Below are positions 1 to 6,828 of a DNA stretch of 28,104 nucleotides, piece after piece. A program made the translations under genes and the position numbers. How positions within the stretch are numbered: the stretch's first letter is position 1; every line of letters starts with the position of its first letter. This stretch comes from an uncultured archaeon (GTDB lineage Archaea > Thermoplasmatota > Penumbrarchaeia > JASLWR01), in contig CAYSHM010000018.1 of the NCBI GenBank assembly GCA_964430885.1, positions 1 to 28,104 on the forward strand, given 5' to 3'. The notes beneath the pieces are model-generated. The model was given only the letters and a program-made list of their open reading frames with translations. It was not told the origin of the DNA and searched no databases.

Positions 1-44
1 TGTTTTACCATATTTCAGGGCTTAAAGTACATATAGTTGACTTC

Positions 45-95
45 TTATAACGCCTTTATCTGCGATTTGGATAAATTCAGGTAAAGGCGTTATGG
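45..95. repeat. Inverted repeat / attC-like hairpin with AAC...GTT ends, 25 bp past the integrase stop
   Basis: Arm 47-62 ATAACGCCTTTATCTG and arm 78-93 CAGGTAAAGGCGTTAT are 15/16 complementary. An inner stem GATTT/AAATT closes a GGAT loop and leaves one unpaired C at 63. The inverted repeat is certain; a recombination-site role is inference. Confidence 0.7.
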
Positions 96-120
96 GAGGT
101 TGGCCCGCTGCGCTTTGGAG

Positions 121-1278
121 TTAGAGGATGAAAGGTAAGCGATTTCGTTCTTCAGATATACTGTCTAATGGGCTGATTATGCGAGATATGTCTCTTTTGC
201 ATACATGTGTGTAGATCTGTGTTGTTTCGGCTTTTTTATGGCCTAGCATTTCTTGGATATATCTTAGATTAATGCCTCTTTCCAGTAGATGTGTGGCGAA
301 ACTGTGTCTTAATGAATGTACTGAAGCTTTTTTCTTGATCCCTGCTGTATTTAAAGCTTTTTGGAAACTTAGCTCTACTGCTCTTATTGATAAATGGGTA
401 TTGATCTTTCTTCCGGGAAAGAGCCATTTCCCTTTTGGTCTGAAGCTGTCGATATAATGACATAAGGCTAGGTATGCTTTTTGTGAAAGTACAGTGTATC
501 TATCCTTCTTACCCTTGCCCCCTTTTATATGGATAACTCCGCGGTCTGGATGAATGTCACCATCCTGTAAGTTAACTGCCTCGCTGATCCTGAGACCGGA
601 CGAGTAGATCAGCATGAACAATACCTTGTCCTTGGTGTTCTTTACTGATGCGAATATTCGATGTATTTCATTTTCGCTTAGAACGACAGGCAGTTTGAAC
701 TCTCTTCTCGGGCGTTTCACCTTCTGCCAGATATCAGGTTTCTTTAATACAAGTACAACAAATTTCTTTATTGCACTGATTGAGACATTGAAGTATGGTA
801 AAGATGCCTGTTTTTTTTCTCTTAGGAATGCTAGGTACTCACTTATTTCCTGCATTTTGAGGTCTAGGGGGCATCGGTTATGGAAAAGAAGGAATTTCTT
901 CAGATGTCTGCTGTAGTTTTCGATAGTGTTTTTGCTGAAATTCTTTATCAGTAATTTCTTTTTGAACCTGTCTATGAGGTATGATATGCCGTCTGAATCT
1001 GGACCGTTATGGAAACTAAGATCCTTTATCAGCTCAGTACTCAATGATAATTCAGCATTATTAAACTCACTCATAAGCATTTTTGCATCTATTGTGTCTT
1101 TTGGGATCATCCAGTATCGGTATTCAGGGTGCCATACCCCACCTAACTTTAACATTCTTCCAATTGGATGGGTAGTATTCAGGAAAGTTAATCTTATGAA
1201 TTCTTCATTACTTTGGCTCCCGTGTTTATTATTTTTATTTAGTTCAGTTACCTTATCGGCTAGTACTACTAGTTCCAT
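121..1278 (-). CDS. Tyrosine recombinase, integron-integrase-like architecture (N-terminal extension + SAM-like domain + catalytic domain), without the IntI-specific insertion
   Basis: Catalytic motifs YSSGLRISE (R), GKGKKDR (K), HSLRHSFATHLLE (HxxR) and LGH...TTQIYTHV (H, Y). SAM-like segment FSKNTIENY...ISEYLAFL, linker KLPVVLS and C-terminal ISPLD. RBS-like AGAGGT lies upstream of the ATG. Confidence 0.93.
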   Translation of the reverse strand: MELVVLADKVTELNKNNKHGSQSNEEFIRLTFLNTTHPIGRMLKLGGVWHPEYRYWMIPKDTIDAKMLMSEFNNAELSLSTELIKDLSFHNGPDSDGISYLIDRFKKKLLIKNFSKNTIENYSRHLKKFLLFHNRCPLDLKMQEISEYLAFLREKKQASLPYFNVSISAIKKFVVLVLKKPDIWQKVKRPRREFKLPVVLSENEIHRIFASVKNTKDKVLFMLIYSSGLRISEAVNLQDGDIHPDRGVIHIKGGKGKKDRYTVLSQKAYLALCHYIDSFRPKGKWLFPGRKINTHLSIRAVELSFQKALNTAGIKKKASVHSLRHSFATHLLERGINLRYIQEMLGHKKAETTQIYTHVCKRDISRIISPLDSISEERNRLPFIL

Positions 1279-1708
1279 TATATTACCTCTTACTTTATTG
1301 CGATATATTATTTTATAAAATCAATTGACATTTCTATTAAAAGTAATTAATAATATATAAACGGTAAGTAGGGAGGTTGGTGAAACAAAATGATAGCATA
1401 GTTTAATTAATCAATTATTAATTAAATGGATTTTCGAATAATAGGATTTAGGAACGTTTTTTATCCGAAGAACATTTTCGGGAAGTTATTTTGGAAGATA
1501 CTTTGCTCCCTTTTGGTTGATAGGCTATAATGTGGCAGTATTGATTCAAAGGCATTATATATCTAAAAATAAACCTGTTAAAGAAAAATCTATGTATCAA
1601 GGCGGCTTTGTCAAATATTATCATATTTGATTTATGATTTGAGACATAGAAATTTTAAGATGAATTGGTAAGCGAGAGACTCACTCAAGCGGATAGGAAG
1701 GTGGAAGA

Positions 1709-3649
1709 ATGAAACATTCATGGTTTAGAAAAATATCAATATTACTGTTCTTTATAATTACAATTGCAGGATCATTTTCAATAGCTGTGTTCGACCCGGT
1801 CAAGAGCCAAATTATCAATCCTGTCATCATCACCAATATTGAACTGGTTACCTTGGAGGAAGAATCATTTACAGTATCCTGGGTGACAAGTACGGAAGCG
1901 GACACGGTGATACAGTGGGGTGAGACCGAGGAGCTAGGGGAAGAGCTCACCATCAACGAAACAACCCAATACCATATCATCACTGTTGACGGCCTGGAAC
2001 AGGGGACTGAGTATTATTACAGGATCGGGGCAGGAGGGCGATGGTCGGGTATTGAGAGCGAAACCACCCTGGTGCCGCCTGAAGGAAATCACCGGGCCAA
2101 TATCGCTATTGTAGCTGACACTCATTATGATTCAAACGGGGAGAACACTGCCAACGGCAATATGTATGCCGACAGCCATCATATCACTGACAGCCTGGTA
2201 AATGAGCTCAATTCTGATCCATCAATAGATTTTGTTATTACCCTTGGCGACCTTACCAACGGCGAACTGGATGATTACATCAACTACTCTGCAGTAATGG
2301 ATAAGCTGGAAATGGAGTGGTATCCAGTCCTCGGGAACTGGGACAAACAGAACAGCAACTGGTCGGTATGGTATGAAGATTATTTCCGCTATGACCGGAC
2401 CTATTATTCGATCGAGAAATACGGTTATTCTTTGGTGGTTCTGGACAGCGCTGTGGAGGGAGAGATAGCCGGCAGTATTGATGAACAGCAGCTGGAGTGG
2501 TTTGAACAGACACTTGACGATAATGCCGGCAAACCGGTGATAGTATTCATGCATCATATGATTGATAGGACAGATGTTTTCGGTGTGGACCAGGATACCA
2601 AGACCAGGTTGGAGAATATACTTTCCGGAAGAAAGAACGTATTGGGTGTTTATTCAGGACATATGCATAAGAACATCGTCACCGAGGACAGCGACGGACG
2701 GTATCTGGTGACAGTGGCGGGAACGGTACAGTATCCCTCGGGCTACAGCATCATGAAACTGTATGAGGAAGGTTACACCCAGAGCTTCAAGAAGATAGAA
2801 TCTGTGCTTGATATATGCGAGGAGAGCCGTATGAGGCTCAAGGCCTCCAATGTGAACCCGAATGCCGATCAGGAAGCTTTGGGTGATATGGAGGATCGAA
2901 ATTTTGCAGTTACGATACCCGTTAACCATCCTCCTGTTTTGTCAGGTATTGAAGTGAGCAATTACGTCATACCTCCCGGAGGAAAGACCACAGTCATGGC
3001 GGATGCATCGGACCCGGATAACGATACTTTGGAATACGTCTACGAAACAACTGGCGGGGAAATCATCGGCGAGGGAGACCAGGTGGAATACCTGGCTCCT
3101 TCAGCGGGGGGGGAATACGAGATCAGCGTAAAGGTCAGCGACGGGGAGTTTATGTCGGATGAAAAGACCGTAGAGATAAACGTGGACCCTGACATGGTGA
3201 ACAGCCCACCGAGGATTGTCGAAGTGGTTCTTGGTATAAATGAGGTGGTAATAGGTGAAAAGGTCAGTATAACCGTTGATGCCAGGGATGACGACGGGGA
3301 TGATATCATCTACCATTATAGAGCGGAGAATGGAGTGATCATCGGTTCGGGCAGCAGGGTGGAATGGGAAGCCCCATCGACTCCGGGCGACTATGATATT
3401 GACATATGGGTTTCCGATGGGAAACTGGATTCCGCTGAGAGGACAGTTACGGTCAAAGTTTCGGACAGCGGGGATGATGATGGAGGGGATGACGACGATG
3501 GGGGAGGGGATGGAGATGATGATGACGGTGGTAACAGCGGCGGTGGTTCAGAGGACGGAGATGACGGCGGAGCAACACCCGGATTTCAATTCTTCCTGAT
3601 CCTGGGCGCGGTCTTTTTGATCTGCTTGGTAAGGATAAGAAGAGAATGA
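1709..3649 (+). CDS. Secreted calcineurin-like metallophosphoesterase with N-terminal FN3/purple-acid-phosphatase-type domain, two Ig/cadherin-like repeats, G/D-rich linker and PGF-CTERM anchor
   Basis: N-terminal hydrophobic signal. FN3-like VSWVT...GLEQGTEYYYRIG. Metal motifs ADTH, GDLT, GNWD, MHH and GHMH. Repeats NHPPV...DASDPDND...VSDG and NSPPRI...DARDDDGD...VSDG. C-terminal PGF + TM + RIRRE. Confidence 0.9.
   Translation: MKHSWFRKISILLFFIITIAGSFSIAVFDPVKSQIINPVIITNIELVTLEEESFTVSWVTSTEADTVIQWGETEELGEELTINETTQYHIITVDGLEQGTEYYYRIGAGGRWSGIESETTLVPPEGNHRANIAIVADTHYDSNGENTANGNMYADSHHITDSLVNELNSDPSIDFVITLGDLTNGELDDYINYSAVMDKLEMEWYPVLGNWDKQNSNWSVWYEDYFRYDRTYYSIEKYGYSLVVLDSAVEGEIAGSIDEQQLEWFEQTLDDNAGKPVIVFMHHMIDRTDVFGVDQDTKTRLENILSGRKNVLGVYSGHMHKNIVTEDSDGRYLVTVAGTVQYPSGYSIMKLYEEGYTQSFKKIESVLDICEESRMRLKASNVNPNADQEALGDMEDRNFAVTIPVNHPPVLSGIEVSNYVIPPGGKTTVMADASDPDNDTLEYVYETTGGEIIGEGDQVEYLAPSAGGEYEISVKVSDGEFMSDEKTVEINVDPDMVNSPPRIVEVVLGINEVVIGEKVSITVDARDDDGDDIIYHYRAENGVIIGSGSRVEWEAPSTPGDYDIDIWVSDGKLDSAERTVTVKVSDSGDDDGGDDDDGGGDGDDDDGGNSGGGSEDGDDGGATPGFQFFLILGAVFLICLVRIRRE
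3466..3570 (+). repeat. Low-complexity Gly/Asp linker (GAT/GAC/GGN codons) inside the phosphoesterase gene
   Basis: Translates to DSGDDDGGDDDDGGGDGDDDDGGNSGGGSEDGDDGG. Confidence 0.85.
3578..3646 (+). other. PGF-CTERM archaeal protein-sorting signal (archaeosortase A-type substrate)
   Basis: PGF motif, hydrophobic helix QFFLILGAVFLICLV and basic tail RIRRE at the extreme C-terminus. Confidence 0.85.
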
Positions 3650-3652
3650 ATA

Positions 3653-4360
3653 TTATTTTAATCGGTCCTGCACCTTTTCGCTTGTTAGTTCCTTCAGGGC
3701 TGTTCGGGCTATCCATTTTGAGGTCTTGTCGCTGGTTGATAGAAGCTGTTCGGCGATGTTCACGGCCGTTTTGTTCATTTCCTTGTTGCGTTTGCCTATC
3801 TGCCTAAGGGCCCAGCTCACTGCTTTTTTTACAAAATTACGGGGATCTGTGGAGTATTTGATTATCAGGGGGATGAAGGGTCTGAATTTGTCGTCCTTGT
3901 TTATGGTCGTTGTATTCTTGTCGTGGACTGCCAGCCATGCCATTAGGGCAAAACCCGCCCGCCTTACGAACTCTCTCTTATCATGCGCCCATTCCTCGGC
4001 CTTTGGGTAGGCGAATGGTGTTTTATCAAAAAGTGTTCCCGTTGCTGTATCGGTTATATCCCAGGAATTGAACTCAGAGGCCCAGCGATCCATCTGCTCT
4101 TCGGTCACCTCAGCCGGATGATCTACCATAGAAGCCAGCATCCGGGCGTCCCTGTAGCCGGCATCCCAGAGTTCAAGTGCGAGAGCGTGGTTTGGGCGGT
4201 GCCGTTTTGCGTATTTGCGAAGCTGGGTCACAGAAACTCCCAGGTTCTTGTCGGGATTGATGCCGAACCGGGCCATGCCTTCAATGTTCTTACGGGTGCC
4301 CTTTTCCCTGAGTTCATCGAGTATACTCCTGGTTTTTTCTGACAGCATGGGATCAGCCAC
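3653..4360 (-). CDS. DNA alkylation repair protein (AlkD-like HEAT-repeat family)
   Basis: Typical motifs GMARFGI, LGVSVTQLRK, LALELW, FNSWDITD, EFVRRAGF and RNFVKKAVSWALRQIGKRN. The start is either GTG 4360 or ATG 4348. The gene begins 9 bp after the pfk stop. Confidence 0.85.
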   Translation of the reverse strand: MADPMLSEKTRSILDELREKGTRKNIEGMARFGINPDKNLGVSVTQLRKYAKRHRPNHALALELWDAGYRDARMLASMVDHPAEVTEEQMDRWASEFNSWDITDTATGTLFDKTPFAYPKAEEWAHDKREFVRRAGFALMAWLAVHDKNTTTINKDDKFRPFIPLIIKYSTDPRNFVKKAVSWALRQIGKRNKEMNKTAVNIAEQLLSTSDKTSKWIARTALKELTSEKVQDRLK

Positions 4361-4369
4361 ATTCGCATT

Positions 4370-5398
4370 TTATGGGAAGAAATACTTGGCCACTTTATAG
4401 AGGTCGTCCTCCACTATCCGCCTCTTGCCAACGCCTTCGGTGAGGTCAACAGCCCTCATCTGGTCGCTCTTAATGCTTATCATCTTGCCGAACTCGCCGT
4501 TGTTGACCATCTCTATTGCCTTTACGCCGAGACGCGTTCCGAAGATACGGTCGAAAGCTGACGGTGCGCCCCCTCTCTGAATATGTCCTAAATTGACCAC
4601 ACGGGTATCGAAACCTGTCCGCTTCTTTATCTCGTCGCCTATGACCTGACCTATACCGCCCAGCCTTACGTTGCCGAACTGGTCCTTCTCGTCGTTCAGG
4701 GTCACAAAGCCCTCGTCCTCGTCCAGCTTGAAACCTTCCGCAACTGCCACTATACTGAAATCCCTTCCCGAATGGTGCCTGCGTTTTAAGGATTCGGTTA
4801 TGCTCTCTGCGGTCATGGGTTTTTCGGGTATCAAGATCATGTCCGCCCCGCCTGCCATACCTCCCAAAAGCGCTATGAAACCCGAGTGCCGGCCCATAAC
4901 TTCAAGGACCATTACCCTGTGGTGCGATTCAGCTGTTGAATGAAGCCTGTCTATTGCCTCCATGACTATGTTGATGGTGGTGTCGAAGCCTATTGTGGTG
5001 TCAGTGCCTGAAAGGTCCCTGTCTATTGTCTTGGGTACGCCTATGACGTTTATTCCGCCCCTGTAAAGCCCCAGGGCTGCGCCCAGTGTGTCGTCGCCTC
5101 CTATTGCAATAAGTGCTTCTATACTGAGGTTTGCCATTACGGATTTGACCTTCTCTATGCCGTTCTCAACCTTCAGGGGATTGGTCCTTGACGAGCGGAG
5201 CATGGTGCCTCCCTTGTGGAGGATCCCCGAGACCACGTTGCGGTCCAGCACTATGTAATCGCCTTCCAGTATGCCCTTCCAACCGTTCTTGAAACCTATC
5301 ATTCTATGTCCGTCGGCTATACCCTTTCTCGTGGCGGCCCTGATAACCGGGTTGAGTCCGGGACAATCGCCGCCTCCTGTAAGAATCCCTATCTTCAT
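4370..5398 (-). CDS. pfkA: PfkA-family 6-phosphofructokinase, mixed-substrate group III type, predicted PPi-dependent
   Basis: Motifs LTGGGDCPGLN, GGTMLRSSRTNP, IGGDDT, PKTIDRD, EVMGRHSG and LGHIQRGG. Start placed at ATG 5398 (MKIGIL) because AAGGTGA lies just upstream; the ORF track uses GTG 5407. Confidence 0.93.
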   Translation of the reverse strand: MKIGILTGGGDCPGLNPVIRAATRKGIADGHRMIGFKNGWKGILEGDYIVLDRNVVSGILHKGGTMLRSSRTNPLKVENGIEKVKSVMANLSIEALIAIGGDDTLGAALGLYRGGINVIGVPKTIDRDLSGTDTTIGFDTTINIVMEAIDRLHSTAESHHRVMVLEVMGRHSGFIALLGGMAGGADMILIPEKPMTAESITESLKRRHHSGRDFSIVAVAEGFKLDEDEGFVTLNDEKDQFGNVRLGGIGQVIGDEIKKRTGFDTRVVNLGHIQRGGAPSAFDRIFGTRLGVKAIEMVNNGEFGKMISIKSDQMRAVDLTEGVGKRRIVEDDLYKVAKYFFP

Positions 5399-5424
5399 CA
5401 AAATCACCTTTTTTTATTTCGTTC

Positions 5425-5516
5425 GTACACGTGCTGCGCACGTGCCTCTTTTTAACTGTACATGTGCTTCGCACATGCCCCCCTCCATTTATTTGTACAC
5501 ATGCTGCGCACGTGCC
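5425..5516. repeat. Three direct copies of a 22-bp palindromic unit (GTACAYRTGC-TKC-GCACRTGCC) in the fba-pfk intergenic region
   Basis: 5425-5446 GTACACGTGCTGCGCACGTGCC; 5458-5479 GTACATGTGCTTCGCACATGCC; 5495-5516 GTACACATGCTGCGCACGTGCC. Spacers are 11 and 15 bp. Confidence 0.92.
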
Positions 5517-5557
5517 GCCCCATTATCCACCCCCTAGAAAACTGATGGAATCATCAA

Positions 5558-6703
5558 TTACAAGCTGTCCATGTGGTCCCTGACAAGCTGCGCAGTGCCC
5601 TGGCACTTGAAAGCCCTGTAGAATGTCAAAGCCTCGGCGTAGGCACGTGCCTCCAGAGCGTGCTCGGTCTCGTCGTCTATGGCGTAGATCTCGTCGAAGA
5701 ACTGCTTTGTGGCGAACTTGGAATACTTGCCTATCAATTGATGATCGTTCTTGATGCCGCTCTTCCGGCCTTCCTCGCCGTAGGTGTCAACGGTCCAGTC
5801 CCACATCTGCCTGAAGAGAGCAGGCTGGTAGATCCTGAGGACCTCGTGGGCTATATTCTGCCAGAAGGTGCCGACGTTCCCTTTTATGATGGCGCCGTGG
5901 GGGAACCTCTCGTAGATCAGCTCACGGGGCGTGCCGGTTATTCCGTGCTGGGCTATCCTTACTCCAAGGCCGCCGTTCTTGAGTGCCAGGGCGATGGCGC
6001 TTGTCCGGGGTATGTCTATGGATATCTGCTCTATGGCCTTGCCGGATGCGTCGTAGATGTTGCCGTGGGCAGAGCCGTTGGCAATGGCCAGGACCTGCGG
6101 GTATACTCCCCGGTCATTGAGAGCGGAAATGAATGCCACCGCCTCCTCGGGGGTGGTGAGAACCATGCCGTCATGATTGGTCCGGCCTATCTCCCCTACC
6201 TCAACCTCCAGACCGAAATCGCGTCCGTCCATGTTGGTTTGGATGAACTTGCCTATGTTGGCAGTGGCCTCGATGTTGGGACCCAGTTCCTCTGTGAGGG
6301 ATGCACCCTTGAAATCGTAGAGATGGGATGCGTCTATTGCGAAGGAGGTGAAGCCCGCGTCTATCTGCGCTCTTATGAGCTTCTTGGTCTCTTCAAGATC
6401 CTCGGGGGTGCCCTTCTTGATGCCTATGTGGTCGGCGTGGAGGGCCCAGATGTCGTGTCCGGCCTCCTCTGCGGCCTGTTTGGTCAGCTCGGCGAAGGTA
6501 TTCGGGTAGAGCCCGGTATAGCCGTTCGTGAGGTTGCACTCAGATCTTGCAAGCTCGATCATCACTGCCGAATCGGTCTTCTTTGCGGCCCTGAATATGC
6601 CTCTTGTTATTCCCTTGATTATACGTGTGTTGGCGGCCAGTATTATGCACGGCCTGTCCATTACTGCGTTGAATATATGATTGGCTGGTATTGGTTCGCT
6701 CAC
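5558..6703 (-). CDS. fba: Class II (metal-dependent) fructose-bisphosphate aldolase
   Basis: Motifs ALHADH, GFTSFAIDASH, EVEVGEIG, IANGSAHG, IAQHGITG and KGNVGT. GTG start with AAGGAGG upstream. Adjacent to pfk. Confidence 0.92.
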   Translation of the reverse strand: MSEPIPANHIFNAVMDRPCIILAANTRIIKGITRGIFRAAKKTDSAVMIELARSECNLTNGYTGLYPNTFAELTKQAAEEAGHDIWALHADHIGIKKGTPEDLEETKKLIRAQIDAGFTSFAIDASHLYDFKGASLTEELGPNIEATANIGKFIQTNMDGRDFGLEVEVGEIGRTNHDGMVLTTPEEAVAFISALNDRGVYPQVLAIANGSAHGNIYDASGKAIEQISIDIPRTSAIALALKNGGLGVRIAQHGITGTPRELIYERFPHGAIIKGNVGTFWQNIAHEVLRIYQPALFRQMWDWTVDTYGEEGRKSGIKNDHQLIGKYSKFATKQFFDEIYAIDDETEHALEARAYAEALTFYRAFKCQGTAQLVRDHMDSL

Positions 6704-6770
6704 TTGAATTCCTCCTTGAAAGTTACGGATATTTCATGAGATTATCGGATTGAAGTAGAATATTGACCAA

Positions 6771-6786
6771 TTATAAAACCTTCGGG
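6771..6786 (-). promoter_or_regulatory. Putative archaeal promoter (BRE + TATA box) for fba-pfk-alkD
   Basis: The minus strand reads CCCGAAGGTTTTATAA about 70 bp upstream of the fba start, matching a purine-rich BRE followed by TTTATAA. Confidence 0.6.
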
Positions 6787-6828
6787 TGAAAAATATCCCC
6801 GTCGGAAGTGATAAGGCTGCAATGGGTC

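Noticed and set aside
45-95. dif site
   Set aside because: dif sites have arms of about 11 bp around a 6-bp spacer; this element has 16-bp arms around a 15-bp structured centre.
121-1278. Calling the recombinase intI or xerA/xerC/xerD
   Set aside because: It lacks the IntI-specific insertion. Its N-terminal extension and AT-rich context argue against a housekeeping Xer. A phylogeny is needed to name it.
1279-1708. attI site upstream of the integrase, with the phosphoesterase as first cassette
   Set aside because: GTT-starting heptamers here are expected by chance in AT-rich DNA. No hairpin follows the phosphoesterase gene, whose stop is 3 bp from the next gene.
5425-5516. CRISPR mini-array
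   Set aside because: The spacers are only 11 and 15 bp and low-complexity, the repeats are 22 bp and variable, and no leader or cas gene is present in the window.
5573-6739. 388-aa plus-strand ORF
   Set aside because: It is an antisense shadow of fba, which has clear family motifs. The shadow has no recognisable motif and is expected from GC-biased codon usage.
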